A DNA stretch of 64,000 nt, taken from the NCBI GenBank assembly GCA_963667725.2, contig CAXXHO010000003.1, positions 1,952,001 to 2,016,000 on the forward strand, written 5' to 3'. Numbering within the stretch: position 1 is the stretch's first letter; every line of letters begins with the position of its first letter. The stretch is from Treponemataceae bacterium. Lineage in GTDB: Bacteria > Spirochaetota > Spirochaetia > Treponematales > Rectinemataceae. A program made the position numbers and the translations under genes. Shown one piece after another: positions 46,742 to 56,671 of the stretch. Under the pieces are notes generated by a model. It saw only the letters and a list, made by a program, of their open reading frames with translations, was not told the origin of the DNA and searched no databases.

Positions 46742-48544
46742 ATGAAATTCCGAAAAGGGTCTTTCTTCGGCAGACTTCTCACCGCCTTCTTCCTGGGAGG
46801 GTTTATCCCCTTCCTCTGCCTCTCCATGCTTTTTGTTTTCATGACGAGGCGAGTGCTCGAGCGAACCTATGGAGATCGAGCGGCCGAGGCGGTGGAGATG
46901 TCGGCCCAAATGTTCCGTTCCCTGCTCTCCGATACAGCCAAGACCGCCCACGCGCTCGCGGCGGAACCGGCGGTGATAGCGTATTGCCAAGGAACATCGA
47001 GAGATTCAGCGATCATATCCGATGTCAACAGACTTCTGGCATCGGTAACCGGCGGCTCAGGCATCCTGCCCTACGTGATTCCCGCCGATGGAGCGGCCCC
47101 GCTATTCCGTACCGCACTCCCCGAAGAGTATGTCCTGTCGAGCCACGGAGGATGGGGCATCCTCGGGGAACTATCGCGCAGCCTCGACCCTGAATCCACG
47201 CTGTATTTCGCTCAGCCCCATCCTCTCGGAGAAAGACTTGTCCCGATCGCCATCGGCACTATCGTAGAGGGCAAAGACGGGAAGATAGGATACCTCATTT
47301 TCGATATAGAGCATAAACTTATCGAGGAGAAAGTGGGGCTCGCGGCCAAATCGGGAGGAGCGCTGACGGAACTCATCTTCATCGACAGGACGGACTGTGT
47401 CATCTACGATATGGCAGACTCGCGCAAGGAAGCCTCATTCTTCGACCCTGAGTCCGTCGCGCAGAAGCAGTATTTCGCGCCGAGAAAGACGGTAGCCATG
47501 GGCATCGACGCGCTGGGGTTTTTCCCGAGAAAAGCAGTGCAGGATTATGCCCAACGCATAATCGCCATGGCTTTAGGCGTCGCGTCAGTCAGCGCCTTCA
47601 TCTTTTTCGCCGTCGCGCTCTGGCTCGCGAAAACCACATCGCGCCCTATCCACCTTCTCACGCTCACCATGAAGGATGTCGCGAATGGAAGGCTGGATGT
47701 ATCATGCCCAGAGGTGGCGAAAGCGAGCAAGGATGACGAAGTAGCCACGCTCATCCTCCAGTTCAACAAGATGATAGCGCGCGTGAACGAGTTGGTGGAC
47801 AGCAAGGTCGAACAGGAGCGCAACCAGCGTTTTGCCGAACTGAAGGCTCTCCAAGCCCAGATAAATCCCCATTTCATCTACAACACCCTCAACTCGATAC
47901 GCTCAGTCGCCAAGCTCAAGGGCGACAGCGAGCTGGCCTACATCTCGACGAGCCTCGCCCGTATCCTGCGCGAGGGTTCGGGGTCGGGCTCCAATTACTG
48001 TAGCCTCGGACACAGCATAAATCTGGCGAAGGACTATTTCGCGATCGAGGACTGGCGCTGGCCGGGACGGTTCAGGCTGGAGCTGTCCATCGAACCGGCT
48101 CTCCTCGAAGCGAAGATACCCCGCCTCATCGTGCAACCCCTCGTCGAGAACGCTCTCTCGCACGGTCTCGAGGGAAAGTCGGGCCACGGAACCTTGAAGA
48201 TAGAGGCGAAGCTCGACGGCGGGGATCTCTCCATCGTAATCGCTGACGATGGGATAGGCATCGATGGGGAAAAACTCGCGTCTATAAAGAAAAACCTCGC
48301 CAAGGCCGAACAGGGCGCCCTGGACTTTTCGGTCGATCTGGCGCAGGAGAGTCCCGCCGCCCTGAAAACGATCAGCGAGCGAAACGGAGGCAGCGGGATA
48401 GGTCTCCTCAACACTCACCGCCGACTGTGCCTTATCTATGGCAAAGGCTACGGCTTGACCATCCTCTCCGCCGCCGGAGCGGGCACGACCGTGACGCTTC
48501 GCCTCCCCTATTCCCCCGAAGGAGGGGAGCCTTGCTCAAGGTAA
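46742..48544 (+). CDS. YesM/LytS-type sensor histidine kinase (periplasmic domain plus HAMP)
   Basis: Two TMs, HAMP, LQAQINPHFIYNTLNSI, QPLVENALSHG, DDGIG, GIGLLN. Confidence 0.94.
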   Translation: MKFRKGSFFGRLLTAFFLGGFIPFLCLSMLFVFMTRRVLERTYGDRAAEAVEMSAQMFRSLLSDTAKTAHALAAEPAVIAYCQGTSRDSAIISDVNRLLASVTGGSGILPYVIPADGAAPLFRTALPEEYVLSSHGGWGILGELSRSLDPESTLYFAQPHPLGERLVPIAIGTIVEGKDGKIGYLIFDIEHKLIEEKVGLAAKSGGALTELIFIDRTDCVIYDMADSRKEASFFDPESVAQKQYFAPRKTVAMGIDALGFFPRKAVQDYAQRIIAMALGVASVSAFIFFAVALWLAKTTSRPIHLLTLTMKDVANGRLDVSCPEVAKASKDDEVATLILQFNKMIARVNELVDSKVEQERNQRFAELKALQAQINPHFIYNTLNSIRSVAKLKGDSELAYISTSLARILREGSGSGSNYCSLGHSINLAKDYFAIEDWRWPGRFRLELSIEPALLEAKIPRLIVQPLVENALSHGLEGKSGHGTLKIEAKLDGGDLSIVIADDGIGIDGEKLASIKKNLAKAEQGALDFSVDLAQESPAALKTISERNGGSGIGLLNTHRRLCLIYGKGYGLTILSAAGAGTTVTLRLPYSPEGGEPCSR

Positions 48545-49350
48545 TCGTCCTGGAGGACGAACCGGCCGCCCGACGCGAGCTCGTCCTTCTCACTCCCTGG
48601 GATAAGTATGGGATGGTCTGCGCGGGCGAGGCCGCCGACGGCGCCGAAGGCCTCGCCCTCGTTGAGGCTAAAGCCCCTGACATCATCGTCACCGACATAC
48701 GAATGCCTGGGATGGACGGCCTCTCCTTCATCGAGACGCTGGTCAAGAACGCGGCCGAGAAGGCCGCGGCAGCCCCGGAAGTCATCATTCTCTCCGGCTA
48801 CTCGGAGTTCGAGTACGCGCGACGCGCCATGCGATTCGGTGTCGACGAGTACCTCCTGAAACCTGTCGAGGATGACGCGCTGGAAGCGTCGCTCCTTAGA
48901 AAAGCCGCAAAAATACGAGCCCGTTCCCCGCACCACAAGGCGGAACTTCTATTCTTCGCCGAAAGCGAGCGGAAACAGTTCGATGAGGAATGCCTGAGCT
49001 ATGTGGACGAAGCGATCCGTATCATCGGCGAACGCTATATTCAGGGAATTTCGATCGAGGAAGCGGCGGGAGAACTGGGGCTCTCGGCAGGGCACTTGAG
49101 CAGGATATTCAAAAGGGGAACCGGCTACACCTTTGTAGACTACCTCACCCACGTGCGCATAAAGCGGGCAATGGAACTTCTGAGGGATCCAGGGGTCAAG
49201 GTGTATGAAGCAGCCGATCTGGTCGGCTACCTGGACGCCCGCTATTTTGCCCAGGTGTTCAAGAAAATCGCGGGCGTAACGCCGCGCGAGTTCAAGGATG
49301 GAATCGTGAGTATTCCTGCGTCCAGCGAGAAAGGATTTGAGTTCGTTTAG
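48532..49350 (+). CDS. YesN-type response regulator (REC plus AraC HTH)
   Basis: TTG start after GGAGG; VLEDE, VTDIRMPGMDG, YLLKP, HLSRIFK, YFAQVFKKIAGVTPREF. Confidence 0.93.
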   Translation: MLKVIVLEDEPAARRELVLLTPWDKYGMVCAGEAADGAEGLALVEAKAPDIIVTDIRMPGMDGLSFIETLVKNAAEKAAAAPEVIILSGYSEFEYARRAMRFGVDEYLLKPVEDDALEASLLRKAAKIRARSPHHKAELLFFAESERKQFDEECLSYVDEAIRIIGERYIQGISIEEAAGELGLSAGHLSRIFKRGTGYTFVDYLTHVRIKRAMELLRDPGVKVYEAADLVGYLDARYFAQVFKKIAGVTPREFKDGIVSIPASSEKGFEFV

Positions 49351-50350
49351 CCGCGGACTCGGCTATCGGATAGTCGATGATGTTCAGGTCGGCCAGGCCA
49401 GTCTGGTAAGAGGGAATATCCGTGCGTACGCTACGCCTGAACCATTTGCTCATCAAGATTGACTGAACGTCTCGCCCCAACACAAAGTCGATGAACCGCT
49501 TCGCCTCATCAGGATGGGGCGCGTCTTTGAGGAGGGCAATTCCATCGGGCACGGCGCTTGTTCCCTCGGTCGGGTAGCAGAAATCTATATCTTTTCCCGC
49601 CATCTTCAGCGAAAGGGCGGAATTCTCGAAGGTAACGCCCGCATAAAAGGCGCCCTCGGAGACCGATTTGTATACGGCCGTCGAGCTTGCTATCAAGCCC
49701 ACTGTACCGAGCTGGGACATGAATCGGCGGACAAAAGGCCATCCCTCCCCTTCGGGAGCTCCTGGCTCAGCCATCGTTTGAAGTATGGTGACCAGGCTTG
49801 TAAACCCCGAGCCCGTGGTGACAGGATTGGCGAAGAGCAGATGATCGCGGAAATATGGATCGAGAAGCCTTGACCAGGAGTTGGGAATAAAGTCGCGGGA
49901 AACGAGCTTTGTGTTATAGATGATGACTATAGGCAAGACTGAAAAAGGCGACCAGAGCCGATGGGAAGAAATATAGTCGCTCTCGATAGCCCCTTGCTCT
50001 GAACTTGTGTACTCCTGGAAAAGATCGGTTATCGTCTCAAGAGACTCTATTCCGCCTCCCCAGAAAAGATCGGCCTTCTGCGTATTGGTGGGATTTCGAA
50101 GCTTGGCGATGAGATTGCCTGTGCCGCCGGTGACGACTTCGACCTTGATTCCCGTGCGTTGCCTGAATTCCCGCACTATGTACTCGGTCATATCGACTGG
50201 GTGAGGGGAAAAGATGACAAGTTCAGAGGAATCATCCAGACTGTCGTTTTTCGCCGGCAACACAAGGAGGAAGACAGCGGCCGCGACCGAGAGTGCGAGC
50301 AGCGAAACCACGGCGCCTAGCAAGCGCGTTTTTCTATTGATGGACAGCAT
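49292..50350 (-). CDS. Membrane-anchored substrate-binding protein (AfuA/HptA/PgtC-like), probable sensory accessory
   Basis: Long hydrophobic N-terminal anchor; GGTGNLI, ADLFWGGG, CYPTEGTSAVPDG; convergent 59-nt overlap with the regulator. Confidence 0.85.
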   Translation of the reverse strand: MLSINRKTRLLGAVVSLLALSVAAAVFLLVLPAKNDSLDDSSELVIFSPHPVDMTEYIVREFRQRTGIKVEVVTGGTGNLIAKLRNPTNTQKADLFWGGGIESLETITDLFQEYTSSEQGAIESDYISSHRLWSPFSVLPIVIIYNTKLVSRDFIPNSWSRLLDPYFRDHLLFANPVTTGSGFTSLVTILQTMAEPGAPEGEGWPFVRRFMSQLGTVGLIASSTAVYKSVSEGAFYAGVTFENSALSLKMAGKDIDFCYPTEGTSAVPDGIALLKDAPHPDEAKRFIDFVLGRDVQSILMSKWFRRSVRTDIPSYQTGLADLNIIDYPIAESAAKRTQILSRWTQEYSRFHP

Positions 50351-50383
50351 TGCCGATACAGTATAGCCCCGTTTTCCCAGTAT

Positions 50384-50415
50384 AAAAAAGCCCGAAGACA
50401 GAAGGTCTTCGGGCT
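50384..50415 (-). terminator. Intrinsic terminator after binding-protein copy 2
   Basis: Minus strand AGCCCGAAGAC-loop-GTCTTCGGGCT-TTTTT. Confidence 0.8.
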
Positions 50416-50436
50416 AATCGCGCGGAAAATGAAGTT

Positions 50437-51411
50437 TTAGAGGCCGAGGTCCATCTTGATTTCGGTGAATTTCTTGACGAATTCGGTCTTGCTCTTGGCG
50501 GCCCAACCGAAGTCATAGGGAATGCCCTTGATCTCGGTCATGGCGGGCAGACCTTTCGGGCTCGCCACGTCGGTGCGCACCGGCCTGCGTTTCATCGCGT
50601 TCACCAGGTACTCCTGAACCGGCTTCGACAGGCACCAGTCGGTGAAGATCTTCGCGTTCGCGAGATTCGGCGCTCCCTTGAGAATCGCCATGCCGTCGGG
50701 CGCCGCTACCGTGCCGTCCATCGGATAGACGATGGCCACCGGGCCGCCGCCTTCAACATACCTGAAGGCGTTGTCTTCCAGGGTGAGACCCACCGCCTGC
50801 TCGCCGTCGTTGACGAACTTGGGAACGGCGCCGGAAGAGGTAGAGATCACCATGTTCTTCATGATGCCCTTATAGACGTCCCAGCCCTTGTCGCCGTAGA
50901 TGGCGATGACGTTGGCCAGCTGCATGTAGGCCGAGCCGGACTTGTCGGCGGGAGCCGAGGAGATGAGCTTCTTGAAGCGAGCGTCGGTCAGGTCCGTCCA
51001 CTTCTGGGGATACTGGGCAGGCTTGAGCATCTTCGTGTTGACGACGAAGACGTTCATGATGCCGGTGTAGGGAAGCCAGTTGGTGCCGACCTTGTAGACG
51101 GGAACGATCTTGTCCCAATCCTTGGGGATATAGGACTGAAGGATCTGGTTCTCGGCTTCCAGCTGCTCGCCGCCGATGGACCAGATGATATCGGCCTGGG
51201 GATTGGCCGCTTCGGCCTTCGCCCTCTTGATGACATCACCAGAGGCGAGCTTGACGTAATTGACCTTGATCCCGGTTTCCTTCTCGAACATCGGAACCAG
51301 GGCGTTGATGATGGATTCCTCATGGGCCGTGTAGACCACTACCTCGTTGGAAGCCGCGAAGGCGGAAAAAGCCAGAAGGGCGCAGAGCGCCACGAGAACG
51401 AATCTCTTCAT
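50437..51411 (-). CDS. ABC substrate-binding protein (AfuA/FbpA-like), copy 2
   Basis: From EVVVYTAH onward identical to 43909-44880 except YPTDG to YPMDG; different signal peptide. Confidence 0.93.
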   Translation of the reverse strand: MKRFVLVALCALLAFSAFAASNEVVVYTAHEESIINALVPMFEKETGIKVNYVKLASGDVIKRAKAEAANPQADIIWSIGGEQLEAENQILQSYIPKDWDKIVPVYKVGTNWLPYTGIMNVFVVNTKMLKPAQYPQKWTDLTDARFKKLISSAPADKSGSAYMQLANVIAIYGDKGWDVYKGIMKNMVISTSSGAVPKFVNDGEQAVGLTLEDNAFRYVEGGGPVAIVYPMDGTVAAPDGMAILKGAPNLANAKIFTDWCLSKPVQEYLVNAMKRRPVRTDVASPKGLPAMTEIKGIPYDFGWAAKSKTEFVKKFTEIKMDLGL

Positions 51412-51474
51412 AGAAACCTCCATAACATTGGATCATGTGGCGCCGATGAGGGCGCCGCTAAAAACCTTGCACTT

Positions 51475-52083
51475 CTATTTTAACATATTTTCCATGATAT
51501 GGGAGAGATTATGCTCATTTTTATCATAACAAAATGAGCCGAAGCCGAGCGACGAGGCCGCGTCGCAGTATGCGCGCACATCGTCGATGTAGAGACAGTC
51601 GCCAGCCTTTAGTCCCGAGTACTCGAGAAGCTTCATCCAGATCCGGGGATCGGGCTTCATGAAGCCTACTTTATAGGAAAGTATATGGAGCTCGGGAACA
51701 GAGGCCAGAATTTCGTTGTTGAATATCATGCGGGCGTGGAGCCAGGAAGTGTTCGAGAGGACAAAGGTTCTGGCGCCGAGTTCCCTTGCCCTGACGAGAG
51801 CGGCCTCTCCGTCGGGATTGGGGAGGATGATCTTCAGGTAATCCTCGACGAAACGCTCGAAGCCGTAGCCGGGATTGAGGCCCGTAATTTCTCCGATCCG
51901 CCTGAAGTAGGCGCGCGAATCCAGGACTCCGGTTTCATGTTCATGTTCGAGGCTTCCATCCCAGACCGCGCGATCGAATTCCTCGGCCGAAAGACAAGAA
52001 TGGACCGACGCGGCGCGGGCGAAGGCCATCCTGTCCAGCCCGCAGAGGACATTGCCAAAATCGAAAACTACGGCTTTATACAT
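51475..52083 (-). CDS. HAD-family phosphatase (YihX-like)
   Basis: VVFDFGNV motif I, VLSNT, SYKVGFMKPD, LYIDD. ATG 52083 after AAGGGG. Confidence 0.88.
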   Translation of the reverse strand: MYKAVVFDFGNVLCGLDRMAFARAASVHSCLSAEEFDRAVWDGSLEHEHETGVLDSRAYFRRIGEITGLNPGYGFERFVEDYLKIILPNPDGEAALVRARELGARTFVLSNTSWLHARMIFNNEILASVPELHILSYKVGFMKPDPRIWMKLLEYSGLKAGDCLYIDDVRAYCDAASSLGFGSFCYDKNEHNLSHIMENMLK

Positions 52084-52186
52084 CGCTTCCCCTTTTAAAT
52101 AAACCGGGCAAGGCGGCGGCATGGGCGCCTCAGCTTTTTCGGTTCGGCCCATTCCATAGGGCCGCTTTTTCATCGTACTATAAGGC

Positions 52187-52450
52187 ATGTCGGAAGAACA
52201 ACCGAACAACCCCCTCCACGGACTCACGCTGGAGTACATTCTCACCCGCCTCGTCGAGCACTACGGATGGGAAAGCCTGGCCAGGCGCATCACCATCCGC
52301 TGCTTCGAACTGGATCCGAGCATCAAATCCAGCTTGATTTTCCTGCGCCGGACGCCCTGGGCGCGCGAAAAGGTCGAGCGCCTCTACATTAGGACGCGGT
52401 TCAGGAAGCCTACGGGCGGAACCGAGCCCCCGAAAACGAAGACTCCGTGA
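52187..52450 (+). CDS. VF530 / DUF2132-family small DNA-binding protein
   Basis: [44 protein letters not shown]. Confidence 0.9.
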   Translation: MSEEQPNNPLHGLTLEYILTRLVEHYGWESLARRITIRCFELDPSIKSSLIFLRRTPWAREKVERLYIRTRFRKPTGGTEPPKTKTP

Positions 52451-53726
52451 ACATGGCGTCGAGCGACGCCAGATAAGCCTCCCTTGAAAACGACGGAACG
52501 AATTCTTCCTTTATAGAAGCGGCCTTGGCGCCGCCATTCTCCGCTAGCGCGAACGCGGCGCGAAGAAGAATCCCCGCTGGCGCGAGATAGGCCCGCTCCG
52601 GACTGGAGGGGGCGAAATCGGCGCCGTGGATGGTTCCGCTGAACCCCGAAAAGCCCAGCTGACAGGTGGGAACGAGGCTGGCGACATCCCCGATATCGTC
52701 CGAAGCGAAGGAACTGTCCCCGAAATCGATGCTGCCTCTTTCAAGAACCGCGAGGGCGGCCTCGCCCAGAACTTTGCCCATGGCCGGGGATGGATGGAAG
52801 GCCTGATATCCGGGCGTGTTCCTGATTCTCACCGAGGCGCCCATGGCGAGGGCTCCCGCGCAGAAGGCCCTGTCCACCTTTTCCGCCACGGCGACGATCG
52901 CGTCGTGGGAGGCTCCCCTGATATAGGTTTCGAGGAGGGCGCGGGAGGGCACCGAATTGATGGTGGTTCCGCCCTCGCTGAGGATGGGGTGGACGCGGAT
53001 GTGGTCGGAATCGACGAAGGTTTCGCGCTGCGCGTGGATGGCGTGGAGAGCGATCGTCGCCGCGCCGAGGGCGTTGATGCCGTCTTCCGGATGGGCACCG
53101 GCGTGAGCCGCCTGGCCGATGAACTCGGCACGCTTGGCCATGAAGCCGTTGAGGGTGCCGTTGACCGTGGCCTGGCGTTCGGCAGAGTCGGACATGGAAT
53201 GATACTTGAGGACGACGCTCGCGTCCTCAAAAACGCCGAGGCGGATAAGTTCCTGCTTGCCCGAGAGATAGCGCAAGACGCCTTTTTCGCGGAGCGCCAT
53301 CCTGCGGTCAAGATCGACGTATTCCTCGGCGGGGGCGCCGACGAAGAGAATGCGCGCCTTTTCACGCTCCGGCAGTCCCGCGGCCGCCAGGGCCTTGAAG
53401 GCAGCCAGCATCACGGCCATCTGGGCATGGTGGCCGCAGGAGTGCGCCACGCCGCCCGGCGCCCCCTGGGTGAGCAGGGCGTCCATATCGGCGAGGAACA
53501 CGATGGCGGGGGCGCCGGGCGGCCCCAGTTCAGCCCTGATTCCCGTGAGGGCCAGATCCCTTGTCACCCGCGCGCCCGTTGCCTCCAGCTCGCCCGCGAG
53601 GATATCGGCCGTTTTATGCTCGAAAAAGCCGAGTTCCGGCGTCGTCCGCAGCTTTTCGGCCAGGCCGAAGAGCCATTCCTTATCGCTTTCAAGGCGCCGA
53701 AGCGCCGTTTCAAGGATTTCTTTCAT
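52410..53726 (-). CDS. M20-family amidohydrolase
   Basis: [52 protein letters not shown]. Confidence 0.88.
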   Translation of the reverse strand: MKEILETALRRLESDKEWLFGLAEKLRTTPELGFFEHKTADILAGELEATGARVTRDLALTGIRAELGPPGAPAIVFLADMDALLTQGAPGGVAHSCGHHAQMAVMLAAFKALAAAGLPEREKARILFVGAPAEEYVDLDRRMALREKGVLRYLSGKQELIRLGVFEDASVVLKYHSMSDSAERQATVNGTLNGFMAKRAEFIGQAAHAGAHPEDGINALGAATIALHAIHAQRETFVDSDHIRVHPILSEGGTTINSVPSRALLETYIRGASHDAIVAVAEKVDRAFCAGALAMGASVRIRNTPGYQAFHPSPAMGKVLGEAALAVLERGSIDFGDSSFASDDIGDVASLVPTCQLGFSGFSGTIHGADFAPSSPERAYLAPAGILLRAAFALAENGGAKAASIKEEFVPSFSREAYLASLDAMFTESSFSGARFRP

Positions 53727-53921
53727 GAAAATATAATACCCGCCGGGAAATGCCTCAACAAGGATCCAGAACCCTTTTCGCGGCCGCGAATGCCGCAAAT
53801 CCAAGCCCTCCGGCCGTGTTTCGTCGAAAAACCGGGAGTCCACGCCTTTACTGAAAAGCGTTATAATGGTATTCAGATAGTTAACAATTTCGACTAAACC
53901 GTCGAAACAAGGAGACTTTGC

Positions 53922-55004
53922 ATGAAAAAGATCATTCTAGTTCTTAGCATCGTACTTGCCTGCGCGATGGCTTTGCCAGTCGCGGCTGCGGGCCCGGCGA
54001 AAGCGGACATATTCCTTCTCATCTCCGGATCGCTCGGCGACAAGGGATTCAACGATTCCGCCAAAGCCGGTCTCGACATGATCAAGGCCAAGTTCGGCGA
54101 CCGCGTAACCACCAAATACACCGAACTCGGATCGGACGCTGCCAAGTACTCTCCCGCCCTGGAAGACGCCGGCGCCGAAGGCTACGAAGTCGTCCTCTGC
54201 TCCAACAACTTCAACAACGCTGTCATGGAAGTCGCCGCCAGGTATCCCAAGACCCTCTACATCATGTACGACGGCTGGACCAAGGACGACATCGCCAACG
54301 TCTACTCCGTGCAGTTCAAGAACTCCGAAGCCGGATACCTCGCCGGAGCCCTCGCTGGCCTCATGACCAGTACTAAGGGCAATGCCCAGATCAACGCCGA
54401 GAACGTCATCGGCTTCATCGGCGGACGCGACATCACCGGCATCAACGACTTTTTCGTCGGCTACATCGCCGGCGCCCAGAAAGTCTCTCCCTCCGTCAAG
54501 ATCATCTACAACTACGTCAACTCCTTCACCGACACCGCCAAGGCCAAGGACCAGGCTTTGATCCAGATCAGGACCTACAAAGCCGACGTGATCTACCATG
54601 CCGCCGGACGCGCCGGCCTCGGACTCTTCGACGCGGCTGCCGAAACCGGCAAGTACGCCATCGGCGTCGATACCGACCAGGCTTCGCTCTTCGGCAGCGA
54701 ACCCGCCAAGGCAGCCCAGATTCTCACCTCCACGATGAAGCGCGTCGACCTCACCCTCTTCCAGGCGGTAAGCCGCTTCATGGACGGCGAGAAGCTCGGC
54801 GGACAGAAAGTGTACATCGGCGCCGCTGAAGGCGCGATCGCTTATTCCGGCTTCAACAAGGCTATTCCCGCCGCCGTCCAGAAGGACCTCGAAAAGGTCC
54901 AGGCCGAGATCAAGGCCGGTTCCGTAAAGATTCCCTCCGCCTTCACGATGAGCGCGGACCAGATCAACGCGATGCGCGACGCCGTGAACGCGGCCAAGAA
55001 CTGA
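53922..55004 (+). CDS. BMP-family (purine nucleoside) ABC substrate-binding protein
   Basis: LGDKGFNDSA, EAGYLAGALAG, ADVIYHAAG, AIGVDTDQ, TSTMKRVD. Confidence 0.93.
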   Translation: MKKIILVLSIVLACAMALPVAAAGPAKADIFLLISGSLGDKGFNDSAKAGLDMIKAKFGDRVTTKYTELGSDAAKYSPALEDAGAEGYEVVLCSNNFNNAVMEVAARYPKTLYIMYDGWTKDDIANVYSVQFKNSEAGYLAGALAGLMTSTKGNAQINAENVIGFIGGRDITGINDFFVGYIAGAQKVSPSVKIIYNYVNSFTDTAKAKDQALIQIRTYKADVIYHAAGRAGLGLFDAAAETGKYAIGVDTDQASLFGSEPAKAAQILTSTMKRVDLTLFQAVSRFMDGEKLGGQKVYIGAAEGAIAYSGFNKAIPAAVQKDLEKVQAEIKAGSVKIPSAFTMSADQINAMRDAVNAAKN

Positions 55005-55037
55005 TTAAATCCCGCAAAGCTGTTTGCACATGAACGG

Positions 55038-55070
55038 TGCCCACGCCTCTTGCGAGGAGTGGGCATTTTT
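55038..55070 (+). terminator. Hairpin after the BMP gene
   Basis: TGCCCAC-GCCTC-TTGC-GAGGA-GTGGGCA-TTTTT. Confidence 0.65.
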
Positions 55071-55111
55071 CTAATTTATCCCGGCAACCGCGGGTTTCGA
55101 AGGAGGCGGCG

Positions 55112-56671
55112 GTGGATTTCATACTGAAAACGGAAGGCCTTAGCAAGGTGTATCCCAACGGCACCCTGGCCAACAAACAAGTGAGTTTCGGCGTGGCTCC
55201 CGGCGAGATCCTCGGCCTCGTGGGCGAAAACGGAGCGGGTAAATCCACGCTCATGAAAGTACTGTACGGCGAGGAGAGTCCATCCTCGGGCAAGCTATTC
55301 CTGGAAGGGAAACCTGTATCCTTCGCTTCCTCTCAGGAAGCCATCAAGGCGGGGATCGGCATGGTGCACCAGCATTTCATGCTCGTGCCCAGTCTTTCGC
55401 TCGCCGAAAACCTGGTGCTCGGACAGGAACCGCACAAGGGAAGATCCAACATCTTCGATCTCGACAAGGCGGTCGCGATCACCGAGGAGTTGGCCGAGAA
55501 ATACAACTTCAAGATTTTCGCCCGCGCCCGCGTGGTTGACGTTTCGGTCTCCATGAGGCAGAAGCTCGAGATCCTGAAAGCCCTGTATCGCGGCGCCAAG
55601 ATTCTCATCCTGGACGAACCCACCGCGGTGCTCACGCCGCAGGAAACGGACGAACTCTTCGTCGAACTCGAGCAACTCCGGAAACATGGACACACCATCA
55701 TCTTCATCAGCCATAAGCTCAATGAAATATTCAAGCTTTGCGACAGAGTGAGCGTGATGCGCGACGGCCGCATGATCGGAACCCACAAGGTTTCCGAAGT
55801 GGACAGCCAGACGATTTCCAACGAGATGGTGGGACGTGAAGTCCTTCTGACGGTCGAGAAAAAGAAGGCCAAGCCCGGCGAAAAGGTCCTCACCGCCAAA
55901 GACCTCTCCTATATCGACGATTTCGGCATCACCGCCGTCGACCACCTCTCCTTCGCGCTGCGGAAGGGTGAAATCCTGGGCGTCGTGGGCGTGGACGGCA
56001 ACGGACAGTCAGAGCTTGTGCGCATCCTCACGGGATCGACGAAGACGCTTTCGGGCTCGGTTGTCGTCCTCGGCCAGGACGTCACCAATAAAAGGCCGGG
56101 AGAGATCAGAAAGGCGGGCCTTGCCCATATCGCCGAAGACAGAATGACGGTGGGTACGGCGCAGCCGGCCAGCATCGAAGACAACCTCCTGGCCGACCGA
56201 TACCTCTCCCCCGAATTCACGGGCGGCGCCGGCTTCCTCAAAACGGAAGCCATATCGAAGGCGGCGGCCGAAATCGTCTCTTCCTTCGACATTCGCTGCA
56301 ATTCCCCAGGTCAGCTGGTGGCCAGCCTCTCCGGCGGCAACATGCAGAAAGTGGTCATCGGAAGGGAGTTCACCGCGAAGGCGGAAATCCTCGTGATCGC
56401 CCAGCCGACGCGCGGCGTCGATGTCGGCGCCATCGAGTTCATCCATAAAAGAATCATAACGATGCGCGACGCGGGCAAGGCCATTCTTCTCGTCTCGTCG
56501 GATCTGCAGGAAGTGATGTCCCTCTCGGACAGCCTCGTGGTCATGAATTCCGGCAAGATCGTCGCCTATTTCGAGGACTCCTTGGCGACGACCGACAAGG
56601 AACTCGGACTGTATATGCTCGGGCTGAAGAGACAGAGCCCTGAAGAAATCGGGAGAGTGCTCCATGAATAG
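55112..56671 (+). CDS. Nucleoside/sugar ABC ATP-binding protein with two fused NBDs
   Basis: GTG after AAGGAGG; GENGAGKSTL, GMVHQHFML, DEPTAVLT, LSGGNMQK, QPTRGVDVGA. Confidence 0.94.
   Translation: MDFILKTEGLSKVYPNGTLANKQVSFGVAPGEILGLVGENGAGKSTLMKVLYGEESPSSGKLFLEGKPVSFASSQEAIKAGIGMVHQHFMLVPSLSLAENLVLGQEPHKGRSNIFDLDKAVAITEELAEKYNFKIFARARVVDVSVSMRQKLEILKALYRGAKILILDEPTAVLTPQETDELFVELEQLRKHGHTIIFISHKLNEIFKLCDRVSVMRDGRMIGTHKVSEVDSQTISNEMVGREVLLTVEKKKAKPGEKVLTAKDLSYIDDFGITAVDHLSFALRKGEILGVVGVDGNGQSELVRILTGSTKTLSGSVVVLGQDVTNKRPGEIRKAGLAHIAEDRMTVGTAQPASIEDNLLADRYLSPEFTGGAGFLKTEAISKAAAEIVSSFDIRCNSPGQLVASLSGGNMQKVVIGREFTAKAEILVIAQPTRGVDVGAIEFIHKRIITMRDAGKAILLVSSDLQEVMSLSDSLVVMNSGKIVAYFEDSLATTDKELGLYMLGLKRQSPEEIGRVLHE

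Noticed and set aside
53727..53921. Purine riboswitch upstream of the BMP operon
   Set aside because: No recognisable aptamer consensus; only promoter-like AT-rich sequence.
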